Shown here one piece after another: positions 13,400 to 30,325 of a stretch of DNA of 64,000 bases (positions are counted from its first letter, which is position 1; each line of letters starts with the position of its first letter). Origin of the DNA: the human T2T-CHM13v2.0 reference genome, Homo sapiens; NCBI RefSeq assembly GCF_009914755.1, contig NC_060930.1. One strand, 5' to 3'. Made by a program: the position numbers and the translations under genes. Below the pieces are notes generated by a model. That model ran no database searches and was not told the origin of the DNA. It was given only the letters and a program-made list of their open reading frames with translations.

Positions 13400-14545
13400 C
13401 TCTTAGGTGTTCCCGGTACTTATTTATTGTCATTTACAAAACCTAACAATTTTACTTTTTCCTTTCCAATTTTATGTCTCTGATTTATTCCTCTGTTTTA
13501 ATTGCATTGACTGACATTTCCAGTACAACTGCACATCCTTCTTTTTCCTAATTTAGAGGGAATCAACTAGCTGGCTATCAAGCTAACATATATTTTATTA
13601 TGATAAGGAATAATTTAATTAAGTGTTAAGTACTTAAATGTTTTTAAAAATAAGAATGGATGCTGAATTGTGTTAAATGCCTTTTTAGCATCTGTGGAAC
13701 TATGGAAATGATCTGTTTTTTCTTTTAGACCTATAAATACAATGGATTATACTGATAGATTTACAAATGTTGAACCATCCTTGCATTTCTGAAATTATCT
13801 CTACTAGATTACAATGTTCTGTTTTAGGATGTTGATATATTTTTGTCACTATTTTATCTGAGAGTTTTGTGTTGATATTCATGAATTAGAGTTTTACATA
13901 GTTTTGTGTCAGGGGCTATGGTGGACAGACTTTAACGTTGCTTCCTGGTGTTCTTGCCCTTGTATAATCAAGTTTCTTTGAGGATGGTTTGGGTCCATGA
14001 TTTTCTTCTAACCAGCAGAATATGGCAAAGGTGATGGGGTATGACTTCCATACTTACACTACATTATATAAATCTTCATCTTAGTAGTAAACTTGCTCTA
14101 GGGGCTCATTCTCTGTTGTTGACTTTGGGAAAAACCAAACTGCCATGAATTCTATACCACAGATGTATGCATGATCTTTATTAAGTTTTGGTATCTAGGT
14201 TACACTTTATTTATATTTTCTGGAAAAGACTCAGAAGCCATCCTTTTAAACTCTGAAACTGATTAAATAATATTATTTTCCAAAACATTGGTGAGAACCC
14301 TCTGTTAACTTGTTTTCACCTTGTGCTTTTTTTGGAAGAGGAAGTTCTCTGCCAGCCTTTTCGATTTCTTCTATGTAATTTGGTCTGCTTAGATTTTTCT
14401 GTTTCTTCCGGAGTCAATTTTAGTAAATAATATTTTCCAATAAAAATGACCTTTGCATCTAGATTTTTTGAGAATTAAGCAAAAATAGTCTAATTATTTT
14501 CTTAATTTCTAAACAAAAACAAGTTAGGTCAGTGAATGATTTAAT
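13400..14545 (-). mobile_element. Ancient L1M ORF2 fragment, host of the L1PA insertion; interrupted by an MLT1 fragment at about 13918-14160
   Basis: ORF 13700-13882 contains degenerate '[16 protein letters not shown]'; the element resumes after 20872 ('ttcaaaaaggcagtttttggatt'). Confidence 0.7.
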
Positions 14546-14801
14546 CAATATTTCTTTTTTTTGTTTATTAGTTTATGCAACCAGTGTTTATTTATTATTA
14601 TTATACTTTAAGTTCTAGGGTACATGTGCACAATGTGCAGGTTTATTACATCTATATATATGTGCCATGTTGGTGTGCTGCACCCATTAACTCATCATTT
14701 ATATTAGGTATATCTCCTAATGCTATCCCTCCCCACTACCCCCTCCTCTACAGACCCCGGTGTGTGATGTTCCCCACCCTGTGTTCAAGTATTCTTATTG
14801 T

Positions 14802-18623
<3,822 letters not shown>

Positions 18624-18686
18624 TATGATGTTAGCTGGTTATTTTGCTCGTTAGTTGATGCAGTTTCTTTCTAGCATCGATGATCT

Positions 18687-19706
18687 TTACGATTTGGCAT
18701 GTTTTTGCAGTGGCTGGTACTGGTTGTTCCTTTCCATGTTTAGTGCTTCCTTCAGGAGCTCTTGTAAGGCAGGCCTGGTGGTGACAAAATCTCTCAGCAT
18801 TTGCTTATCTGTGAAGTATTTTATTTCTCCTTCACTTATGAAGCTTAGTTTAGCTGGATATGAAATTCTGGGTTAAAAATTCTTTTCTTTAAGAATGTTG
18901 AATATTGGCCCCCACTCTCTTCTGGCTGGTAGTTTCTGCTGAGAGATCCACTGTTAGTCTGATGGGCTTCCCTTCGTGGGTAACCTGACCTTTCTCTCTG
19001 GCTGCCCTTAACATTTTTTCCTTCATTTCAACCTTAGTGAATCTGACAATTATGTGTCTTGGAGTTGCCCTTCTTGAGGAGTGTCTTTGTGGCATTCTCT
19101 GTATTTCCTGAATTTGAACGTTGGCCTGCCTTGCTAAGTTGGGGAAGTTCTCCTGGATAACATCTTGAAGTGTTTTCCAACTTGGTTCCATTCTCCCTGT
19201 CACTTTCAGGTACACCAATCAGACATAGATTTTGTCTTTTCACATAGTCCCGTATTTCTTGGAGGCTTTGTTGGTTTCTTTTTACTCTTTTTTCTCTAAA
19301 CTTCTCTTCTCGCTTCATTTCATTCATTTGATCTTCAATCTCTGATACCTTCTTCCACTTGATTGAATCAGCTACTGAAGCTTGTGCATGCATCATGTAG
19401 TTCTCGTGCTATGGTTTTCAGCTCCATCAGGTCATTTAAGGTCTTCTCTATGCTGTTTATTCTTGTTAGCCATTCGTCTAATCTTTTTTTAAGGTTTTTA
19501 GCTTCTTTGCGATGGGTTCGAACATCCTCCCTTAGCTTGGAGAAGTTTGTTATTACCGATCATCTGAAGCCTTCTTCTCTCAACTCATCAAAGTCATTCT
19601 CCATCCAGCTTTGTTCCATTGCTGGCGAGGAGCTGCATTCCTTTGGAGGAGAAGAGGCACTCTGATTTTTAGAATTTTCAGCTTTTCTGCTCTGGTTTCT
19701 CCCCAT
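18687..19706 (-). pseudogene. L1 ORF1p, disrupted
   Basis: Fragments in the ORF track (QENFPNLARQANVQIQEIQR...) broken by stops and frameshifts. Confidence 0.9.
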
Positions 19707-20718
19707 CTTTGTGGTTTTATCTACCTTTGGTCTTTGATGATGGTGACGTACAGATGGGGTTTTGGTGTGGATGTCCTTTCTGTTTGTTAGTTTTCCTTCT
19801 AACAGTCAGGACCCTCAGCTGCAGGTCTGTTGCAGTTTGCTGCAGGTCCACTCCAGACGCTGTTTGCCTGGGTATCACCAGCGGAGGCTGCAGAACAGCA
19901 AATATTGCAGAACGGCAAATGTTGCTGCCTGATCGTTCCTCTGGAAGCTTCATCTCAGAGGGGCACCCAGCAGTATGAGGTGTCAGTTGGCCCCTACTGG
20001 GAGATGCCTCCCAGTTAGGCTACTCAGGGGTCAGGGACCCACTTGAGGAGGCAGACTGTCCATTCTCAGATCTCAAACTCTGTGCTGGAGGACCACTACT
20101 CTCTTCAAAGCTGTCAGACAGGGACGTTTAAGTCTGCAGAAGTTTCTGCTGCCTTTTGTTCAACTATGCCCTGCCCCCAGAGGTGGAGTCTACAGAGGCA
20201 GGCAGGCCTCCTTGAGCTGCGGTGGGCTCCACCCAGTTCGAGTTTCCTGGCTGCTTTGTTTACCTACTCAAGCCTCAGCAATGGCAGATACCCCTCCCCT
20301 AGTCTCACTGCCGCCTTGAAGTTCGATCTCAGACTGCTGTGCTAGCAGTGAGCCAGGCTCTGTGGGCATGGGACCCTCCAAGCCAGGCACGGGATATAAT
20401 CTCCTGGTGCGCCATTTGCTAAGACCGTTGGAAAAGCGCAGTATTAGGGTGGGAGTGTCTCGATTTTCCAGGTACCATCTGTCACGGCTTCTTTTGGCTA
20501 GGAAAGGGAATTCCCTGACTCCTTGCCTGCTTCCTGGGTGAGGCGATGCCCCGTCCTGCTCCATGGGCTGCACCCACTATCCGACAAGCCCTAGTGAGAT
20601 GAATCCAGTACCTCAGTTGGAAATGCAGAAATCACCCATCTTCTGTGTTGCTCACGCTGGGAGCTGTAGACTGGAGCTGTTCCTATTTGGCCATCTTGGA
20701 ACCTCCTTCTAAAACTAA

Positions 20719-20871
20719 TTTTTTATTTTATTTTTTAAACGGAGTATTTGTGCTTTGTGCCCAGGCTGGAGTGAAGTGGTGCAATCTCTGCTCACTGCAA
20801 CCTGCACCTCCTGGGTTCAAGCGATTCTCCTGCCTCGGCTCCTGTGTAGCTGGGATTACAGGAGCATGCCC
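20719..20871 (-). mobile_element. Alu right-arm fragment directly upstream of the L1 5' end
   Basis: 'cccaggctggagtgaagtggtgcaatctctgctcactgcaacc...tgggattacagg'; stops abruptly at 20871. Confidence 0.9.
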
Positions 20872-21840
20872 TCAATATTTTTTCAAAAAGGCAGTTTTTG
20901 GATTTATATATTGGTTTCACTTATTTATTCATTGGATTACTTTCTTATTAATTCTATCCTTATTAATTCCTTTCTGATATTTATTTGTTCATTTTTTACT
21001 CAACACACATGCTTAATTCATTTTTTTCAATCTTTCTGTTTATTAATAAGATATTTAGGACTATGTATATTTTTTCTCTGGACACTGTTAGCTATATCTC
21101 ATAAGTTCCGATGTAAAGTGTTTTCATTATCATCACTTTTTAGACATTTTATAATTTTAGAATAAATTTTCTCTTTGAGAAAGTTGGTGTTAAGAATTTT
21201 CTAATTGTTTTGAAATGTGCTGAGATTGTCTGTATTGGCTAGTATGATTCATGTCTGTAAAAGGCTTATGGGCACATAAAAACAAGATGTGCTATTATTT
21301 CCAGGATTTAGTACTTTCTATAGGTCATCTGTATATAAGATATAATAATATTAGTAATAATATTAATATTATATTCTGATATTAAATATTGTTATGCAAA
21401 TATATGAGATGACTAATTTTTTTCTACCATATAAGTGACTTGATATTTCTTGATATTCTTTGATATCTGCAGCTGCCAAAAGGATTTTATTTTTTAAGTC
21501 CAGTGACTTTACTAAAAATGTTCAGGTGTTGAATATCCATTACACATGACCTTCTCTTTGTATTTAGACTCATGCTTTTGTTTTACTCTAGAAAAGTTTT
21601 CTTGAATTGTAGCTTTAAATATTTGTTCTGTTACATTTTCCCTCTTATACAGAATCCAATTATGCATATTATGTGTCTCTGCCTCCTTTTACTATTTTCT
21701 ATTTCAACATTTTCTAATTCTTTTTAACTATTTATCTTGATTGTATTTTCTTTTTCTCATTTCTCTCTTGTGTCCATTACTATTTTATTGTTTATTCTAG
21801 TATTTATTCAATTTTGAGCTCCTTCTAATTTCTTCTTTGT
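20872..21840 (-). mobile_element. Ancient L1M-type sequence (continuation)
   Basis: T-rich degenerate L1 antisense sequence; right boundary uncertain. Confidence 0.5.
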
Positions 21841-21847
21841 TTCATTT

Positions 21848-22130
21848 AGCAAACTGTCGCAAGGACAGAAAACCATACACCGCATGTTCTCATTCACAGG
21901 TGGGAATTTAACAATGAGAACACTTGAACACAGGGTGGGGAACATCACACACCGGGGCCTGTCATGGGGTTGGGGGAGTGGGGAGGGATAGCATTGGGAG
22001 AAATACCTAATGTAAATGACGAGTTAATGGGTGCAGCACACCAACAGGGCACATGTATACACATATGTAACAAACCTGTACGTTGTGCACATGTACCCTA
22101 AAAACTTAAAGTATAATTTAAAAAAAGAAA
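21848..22130 (+). mobile_element. 5'-truncated L1PA (3' UTR only)
   Basis: 'gcaaggacagaaaacc...gtgcacatgtaccctaaaaacttaaagtataat' plus A tail. Confidence 0.92.
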
Positions 22131-22172
22131 TTATCATTCAAAACATTTAATAATGTACTATGCATCTGAGTA

Positions 22173-22309
22173 TTTTCTTTTTTTTTCTTAGTAGAGACAG
22201 GGTTTCACAATGTTGGCCAGGCTGCTCTTGAACTCCAGACCTCAAGTGATCCACCTGCCTCGATCTCCCAAAGTGCTGGGATTACAGACGTGAGCCACCG
22301 TGCCCGGCC
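22173..22309 (-). mobile_element. Alu left monomer only
   Basis: Left-arm sequence flanked by the direct repeat tactatgcatct (22156-22167 and 22311-22322). Confidence 0.9.
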
Positions 22310-22934
22310 TTACTATGCATCTTTCATACATGTAAATTTCTTATACATTAGGAACTTACATGCTGAAATAAGTGATTGTGGAAACAAATAATATTTTTGA
22401 AAATATAAGTAAAAATTAATAATTACATATTTACATAATACTTTACCCAAAATAAAAGACTGAGACATGGTGGTAATGTTAAATCCTGGGTAGTTAAGCA
22501 CTTCTAAGTGTCCATCAAATTAAAATGAGTGTCCAGAGCCCCATACTAATGGGTTTGGGCTGGTAGGTCTGTGCTGTCTCAGAGGGAACTTGTTGGAGAA
22601 CAGATTGGCCCCTGCAAGCCAGCACTAAAGGTATCCCAGGGTTCCCAGCTATAAAATTACTTCCAAATCCACACTTTCTTTTCCATCCTCAAGACAAATG
22701 GGTGTATGTGCCTTAACCTTTCCTCCAGACACTGTGGATACTCTTATTGTGATTAGTTTTCTCCTTGCAAGCTGTCCACAGTGTTGAATTTACCCTGATT
22801 TAAACTTACAGACATGTTTGGGTAGGGGAGCATAGGCCATATGGGGAGCCATAGTACAGCTCAGGGTTTCTCAGGCATAACATTTTTGGAAATGATATGC
22901 ATGACTCAAGATTTGGAAGGAAGATTGTAATGAG

Positions 22935-23200
22935 AGCAAAGCATTTGTTGAATGCTTATTAACTGCCAGACACTGTTATTGGCACTTTACATGTACTAAA
23001 GCATTTAATTAATGTACCATAGTTTAAAATAACAGTACCTATAAGATGAACACTGATATTATTTCCATTTTGCAGTAGAAGGAATTAAGCGCTAAAACAA
23101 ATCACTTAACTTCATACACCTAGTAAGCAGTAGATTGGAAATTCAAGTCTTGGCAGTTTGGCCTCAGAGTACAGGCTTTTAAGTGCTATATTTTACTTTC
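22935..23200 (-). mobile_element. MIR SINE
   Basis: 'tgccagacactg...ccattttgcagtagaaggaatt...ctagtaagcagtagattggaaattcaa'. Confidence 0.7.
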
Positions 23201-23671
23201 TACAATGTGGTGCTCAATTCTCTCCAATGGTTTTTAGGAGACTACAATATGAAGCAGTATTGGAAGAAAGAAAAGGAAGATTGACCCCTAAAAACAAGAC
23301 AAGAAATCAAGGAGCTAGAAGGTGTTACAGAGGAAGAGCTGGGAAGGAAACAACTATAAAATTTGCCAGCCCCTCTCTCAGTCCCGCCCACCAAACACAC
23401 ACTTTTTCTCTTTTTCTCTCTCTCTAATCATCCTGAGGCGGACTGGGAAGAAGAATAAGTAAGCAGAGAACATGCAAGAGACTAAAGAAACTATATTTAT
23501 ACTCAATGGAGAGTGAATTTCAAATACAAAGGATTCAAAGTCCATCGAGCCAAATCGAGAAAAAGATTTTCAAGAACAAAATCATGCACTCAGTTACCAG
23601 ACAGGAAAAATTCATACCTACTGCTTTCAACCCTAGCAATTAGGCTTGAACCCAGTACAAACACAGCTTCC

Positions 23672-24503
23672 ATGGTAAGCGAATGCAAAAACTGAAAAAC
23701 GATTTAAAGCAATATGCAAAGTGTTCCTCATTAACTGTAATTACCTCGTATCTAAACACATTAATGTAATTTAGGAAAAGGGAGTTTTCACATGGAAATA
23801 TATGCTAAACGTTCCCTAGTTTATTTAGTGTAAACTTTCAACATAAAAACAGAAAATTTAACTTTTTGCCCTGTTTTATGGTGAAGATGTTTGTCTTTTA
23901 ATTATCAGTATGTCATTGGTCATTTCAACACTGAAAGGACAAGGTGCAAGCAAGATGAAAATGATAATGCACTGCCTCAAATGTATTTTAAAATAACTAG
24001 AGCTTTTCCTTTGCTCTGGATTTTTTTTTTAAAGACAGTCTTTTAATGCCATTAATAGTAGTTCAAGTACTTCTGGTGAGACTAAATATTGAGAATGATA
24101 GAGTGGAGTATTCTGAAGATATGATGTTAATATTGTGTTGAGCAGGGAACCCAGGAATGTCTGAATCACCTGCCAGACCAAAAACTCCTTCCTGGGACCT
24201 GGGAGACATACATGTATAAGAAAATGACTGGTAAAAGCAAGAATTAAAGCTTTTTATTATTAGCTAGTCTAATAATTGTCTAATGCAGAACTTCAATGAG
24301 TTAAGAAGGATAAAGCACAGGATTCCTTTTCTTTTTATTATAAACAGGCCCAAGTCACCAAAACCAAAGCATGTCAGATGCGATCTTTATCTACTTTAAT
24401 TCTAAAGACCAAACCCAAGCCTCAGATCTTACCACTGCAACATAATAAGAGATCGATTCAAAGCGCAGCCATCAACACCAGAGAAGAAGAGGAGAGCGAG
24501 TGA
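23672..24503 (+). other. Candidate spliced small ORF (ATG 23672-23674 joined to 24348-24503; 52 aa MAQVTKTK...EEEESE), unvalidated
   Basis: TATAAAA at 23355, ATG|GTAAGC donor, pyrimidine-rich CAG acceptor at 24347, in-frame TGA at 24501-24503, AATAAA at 24565. No homolog recognised. Confidence 0.3.
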
Positions 24504-24689
24504 CCAAGAGATCATTTCCTAGACAAGGACAGCAACCCTGGGCTTGACTGCCATGTAGCAAAAGAATAAACATTCTCAAGATTAAAAAAAAGAAGGAGGA
24601 AGAGGAGGTGGTGGCCAGAGCTGGTGAGATTGGTCCTGGATTTCCTACCATTCTGGTGGAATAAAAGAAACAGGTGGCTGCTGAGTGGT

Positions 24690-25240
24690 GAGTGCTGTGA
24701 AGAAAATAAAGCAGGCCAAGTTGACAGAAAGTGAAAGCACAACAGTGGCTCTTTTAGATATTGGAGACAGAAAGGGTCTCTCTAAGGAAATGACATTTAG
24801 GTAGATACCTAAACTATATGAAGGAGTAACTCCACTAAAGATGTGGGAAGAATGTTCCAGCGAATGGGACTACCAAGTGTGGAGGCCTCAATACAGAACA
24901 AGCATAGATTGTTTTGTGATGAGCGGCAATTCCAGCGTGGGTGGAGAGGGCTGAGGAAGGGGAGAGCACTAGGAGATGAGCCTGGAGTGGAAGGCAGGGG
25001 CCAGATGAGGGAGGGCTCTGCAGTCCGTGCAAAGGAGTTTGGATTTTATTCTTACTATAATGGGAATAATGGGAAGCTATTGGGAGATTTTAAAGCAGGG
25101 TGCAAAATATGAATGTATTTGCTTTTAAAAGATCACTCTGATGGTTTTGCTGAGAACAGATTTCAGGAGAGCAAGAATAGAACTTGGGAGGCCAATTAGG
25201 AGAATGTTCTTGCATTCATTTAAGAGATGATGGGAACATG
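24690..25240 (-). mobile_element. L2 fragment
   Basis: 'aaggagtttggattttattct...gggaagctattgggagattttaaagcaggg...aaagatcactctg'. Confidence 0.75.
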
Positions 25241-26226
25241 GATTAATGACTCACACTAGAGATGGGCTGTCCCCTTGAGAAACAAGCTTAGCAGAGTGTC
25301 AGAGACATCCTGTCAGCACCATTGTGAGGCTGTTCTGCTAGTCTTTGGCCACTATGTAGCCACATGGGAACAATGAGCCGATCAGTTCAGTCTCCCACGG
25401 CCTTTTATGAAGGCCTGTTTGATGTTGCCTCCAGAAGCTTCTGCTAGGGGTCAATACAGGATAAGAATATTCTTCAATAGTAACACTATACAGTGTCTCC
25501 AATTGTTACCTTCCATTCTGTTTTCCATCTGGATTTATGTTCTGCTCTACTTCTGCCCAGTTCACCAGAAAGAGTTATACAATGAATACAGATTACCACA
25601 TAGCCCAAGAAACTCAATGCCAAGATAAATGCCTGATGTTTCCTGCCACCCTACAAAATTTACAACACAATCCCCCTCATTATCAAACTTACACAGATAA
25701 AGTCTCTGCAATGGGATGCAACCTTACCCAACTTTTCCCCAAAATAAATTCAATTTCCAAGAAAATGAATCTTCTCTCCTTTGATCCACTGATAAATGAA
25801 GGCCTGCAATATTAACATCTTTACATCAAGGCCATCTCCCTGCCATTTGCTCCCATTCTTTCACTGGAACATGTGTAGCAACTTCAGCAAACTACAAAAC
25901 TGGCCATTCTAACTGTAAGTTTGTTATATTTTTCACATTCCCAAAATTCCACAGAATTGAAAGCACACATGAGAACCTTACTAATCTAACCCCATATCCA
26001 TTCACATTGAAAAATAAATTATTCAAGTGTCACTGCATTTATGCAGTAGAAACCTTTTCAAGAATAAGTGCCTGAAACCCACAGATGTCGTACAACAGCC
26101 GCTCATCAAACTCAGAATAAAATAACTCCAGGCCATGGTCTCCAGGGACCCACAGGACCTCACCCTACCTACCTCTCCTACCCATCCTCTCTCACGGCCT
26201 TTCATTTGGCATGTGCAGCCACGCAC

Positions 26227-26338
26227 AGGGTGACCAACTCCTCCTAGTTTGCCCAGAACTTTCCTGCTTTTAGCATTTAAAATCCTGTGTCCTGGCAACC
26301 TTCTCAGTCCCAGGTAAACTGAATAGCTGGTCATCCTA
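26227..26338. mobile_element. MER94 hAT MITE
   Basis: TIRs agggtgaccaact...agctggtcatcct. Confidence 0.8.
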
Positions 26339-26339
26339 T

Positions 26340-26665
26340 CATGGGTGTTCATGCAGGCTGGTTTCTCTGCATGGAACATTCTTCTCCAAGGTGCTTCTAT
26401 GGCTTATTCCTTCTCATCATTCAGTTCTCTATTCAAATAACTCTTTTCAGAAGGGCCATCCCTAACCACCTGTAGTAGTATTTATCAGTCGGTATCTAAC
26501 AAAGTATGTTTTCCTTTTCCATTTAGTTACTTGTATGTCTCCTCCTCTAGCATGTAAACTACATGAAGTGCCAGTGCTATATCTTCTCTATTGTATCTCT
26601 GCCTCTAAGACCTGTGTTTAACACATGGTAGCCTCTCCAAAAATATCTGTTGAGTGAATGAATCA
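26340..26665 (+). mobile_element. L2 3' end
   Basis: Ends 'aaatatctgttgagtgaatgaat'. Confidence 0.7.
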
Positions 26666-26767
26666 TTTTTTATTCTAGTCTAGTTGTTATGTCATAAACC
26701 ACAGGCATCACAATCATCAATATCAACACAAACAACAATTGTGTTCATTCATTCTTTCAGCAATTTA

Positions 26768-27104
<337 letters not shown>

Positions 27105-30100
27105 TTAAAATTTAAGAGCTAGTAAAATTTTGTAAAATCTGGCAAGCTAGCAACTAGGGGAAGCCACAGGATTCAGTCTGTCCATGAAAACTGTACTTGC
27201 TGAAAATGTTGCTTCCTTCATGCCCCTTTTGGAACTGATAGGACTCGCTTTCCCCCATTCTAACATGAGTCAGTTCTTCAGATCTTGGGGATGCCACCTT
27301 CTGCAAATATTGTCTGTGGACCCATACATGGCAGAAGGGTAGCCATGTTCCTGAAACCTTATCCCAAGCATACACAGTACCAGATGCCTAGAACAAGTTC
27401 TGGCAGCTTCTTCAAATTCCAGGTTCTTTTCTGTTATTTCTAATTCTAAGGTTTTCCAAAATAGAATTGCCTCCCTGACCCACAGATTTGTTCATCCCAA
27501 ATTACCACACCATACCACTTAGAAACACTCCCTCCTTAGCTCCCCAACGTTCCTTTATAGGTTTTTGGCACTGGAGCCACTAGTAAAAGGCCTTATACAC
27601 CAGAAGGACAGCAGATGACTTTGCAGCTCCCAAAGAATATCAGGCATGATGGGGTGGGATGCAGATAGGCCCTTTTTAACTTTAAGTTCCTTTTTTAGGT
27701 TGCCAGGTACAAGACTTGATAACTTAAAAGTCCCTCCCAGCAATGGACAAGTGACCTCATTTAAAAATCTGATTGGAATAAACTTCACCCAGGCCAGACT
27801 CTCCTTAGCTTTAAAGATTAACAAAAGGTGCAGAGATTGTAGTGTCTACATCCCTGCACCTCCAGAGAGTTCTCTGGTAACTCTGCCAGGAAGGTAGGTG
27901 GGCCCCTGAGCATAAGTGAATTGGAACAGCCTGTTTTAAAACAGGCACCAGAACCTGGCTACAGAATGTTTACTGTGCAGTCTCCTGGAGTGACTAAGTG
28001 GGCAGGCATCTCCAGGAGCCCAGCCAGGAGAGCCCTGCTTTGGAGAGACACGTCCCCACCTCCCACATGCTCCCAACCACCACCCTCTCTGCCTTCCTGC
28101 CACTGGGTGTGCAATGACACAGGAGACAGAGTGAGTCTATCTGAGGTGCTATAAAATCCATCAGTGCATATGAAGAAGAAAAGCTAAAACCGTGGGGACC
28201 ACAATTTATTTCCAAATTTTATGTCCTTCAAAATCATGTTGCACATTCCTGGTTAGAGGCAGCAGATTGTGATGTTGGTTTGCTGCTTGTGGAAAAATGC
28301 TGAGGCCCATCAATATCATGGGAAATCCTTTAAGAGACTGCAAAGATTCTGTTTTTTGGAGAGTGGGCCTTTTCTACCTGGCAAAACTCTGGAATTTCAA
28401 AGGTAGAACTCAGCCCTCTTCTCTGTTTTCGCTCTCAACAGACCTCAATCCTCTTCAACTTCGGGGGCTTTGGTCTGGGCTCTAAGAAATGAAACATATT
28501 CCCCAATGGGTTTTCTTTCTTTTTTAATAAAAATATCAAAGGCATACTTATCGGTGGCTGAGGAGGGAAAGCTGTGGCAAAGGCTATTTTTTAACTGGAA
28601 CATGCCCCGTGTTGTGCCTCACTCATCCAGGGGCGCTGGAAGATTGATGGTTGGACATGTGGAGGGAACTGCCACTGATTGAAATCAGACAACTGCAAGC
28701 TGTGCAGGAGAGCCAGGGGAACCCATTTTAACCACAGCCCTCCAGTCTTAGCACATTTGGACAGGGCTCAGAGGAGCTGGGCAACACTAGGAGGCCAAGG
28801 GCAGAAGGAGGGGCCGGGAAAGGCTGAAGGATGTACACTTCTCTGTGTCTCTAACTCATCTGCGCCTTTTAAAAAAAGCACCGGGCAAGACAGAACACTC
28901 CTTGCCAATGATCAGCCATGGGCCTTGGGATTTGAAATGAAAAATAATCAGTCCGCTTGCACAAGCAGAGAAAAGAGATAAAAATGATAAAGCCTGCTGT
29001 TTCACTGACCAAAACCCCTGATGCTACTGTCCCTGAATTTTGGGCAGGATTCTTTTATTTGCTTTTCAACAGGCAGGGGCCAGGGAGGAAGCCATGGGAA
29101 ATTGTCAGTGTGTTACTTAGTACCCATCACCAGGATTGTAGCCAGAGTTCAGTGTTGTTAACAATTGTGCAGCTATGCACTTGAACTGAGACATTTTTAT
29201 TTCATTAGGGGTGTCGGTTTACAGCCATTAGCTAAGCAGATTGGCCAGGACCAAAAGGCTTTTTTTTTTTTTTTTTTTAAATGTGTTATCGCCAGATCTC
29301 TCTTCTATTATTCAGGTCTTTAAAAAAGAGAGAAAGGGAGGGAGGGCGGCTGTAAGGACAATTATGTTTTGTGACTTGTCTCTATCCTCTGGCCCGAACA
29401 GTCTAAAGTAGGTTTTATTAGAAATCATTATTTAGATTCCAGCCCAGGAGCATTATCGATCGCCTGTGTATAATGGTTCCCAGATCACAGAAAGTAGCAG
29501 AGAGGGTCTCTGCTGGGCCGACATAATGTCAGTGACAATTCATTTTTTGCCAGTTAGGATGCTGGTTTAATATCCTGAAAAAGGCACTTAACACCACCCT
29601 TTCATAACATCTGTCAGGGCCCGTCCAGTGGCTTGTTTCTCACACTGTGGGCTCCCAGGCAGTTTAGGGCCTTTCTCTGAAACATGCTTCTCTCAGAGGC
29701 CTCCGAATTCCTCAGACATTCAACCAGCCCCAGCCCCGGGGCCCAACACTCGCAGACCAGCTGTTACAACTTTCCAGGACGCTCCTAAATTTTCTAAATG
29801 TGTGCCATATAAAAATAAAATTGAGGACGGTGAGTGTTCAGGAGCCCTGTGTGTGAAGAATATAACTCATCCGGCGGCTTGGGCCCATTATTTCCACATT
29901 CTTCCGCAGCTCTCAGTTTCACCTCGGGCCTCAGAGCAGTTCAGCGGGAAGCTCAAGGCCTGAGATTTGGGTCAAGTGATCATTTTTTTTTTTTTTTTTT
30001 TTTACTTTTTCTGCCTTAGTTTTCTTTTAAAGTCCCCCTTTTATTTGGAAACTTTTTTTTAAATACAAAAATATTGAAAGAAAAGTAGAAGGTACTCTAC

Positions 30101-30155
30101 ACCTGAATTTAACACTTGTTCAAATTTTGTCTCTGCTGTAGTTTGTTCTCTCAGG

Positions 30156-30325
30156 CACACTCACATACACACTCAACACACTCACACGTTCTCATCCATG
30201 TTCACACACAGGTTCATGCTCACACACTCACACATTACCACACACACTCACACGCTCACACGCGTGCAAAATCACATTCACATATTCTTCTTACACATAC
30301 TCTTGAACTCTCTCTCACACAAACA
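30156..30325 (+). repeat. Degenerate CA-rich low-complexity repeat
   Basis: Directly visible; explains the His/Thr-rich ORF 30116-30478. Confidence 0.85.

Noticed and set aside
21848-22130. Insertion-mediated deletion at the + strand L1 3' fragment
   Set aside because: No TSD visible, but the flanks are too degenerate to distinguish deletion from decay.
20719-22309. Alu right arm (20.8 kb) and left arm (22.2 kb) as one Alu split by an insertion
   Set aside because: The intervening DNA is older L1M continuing from 14.5 kb, and the left monomer has its own TSD.
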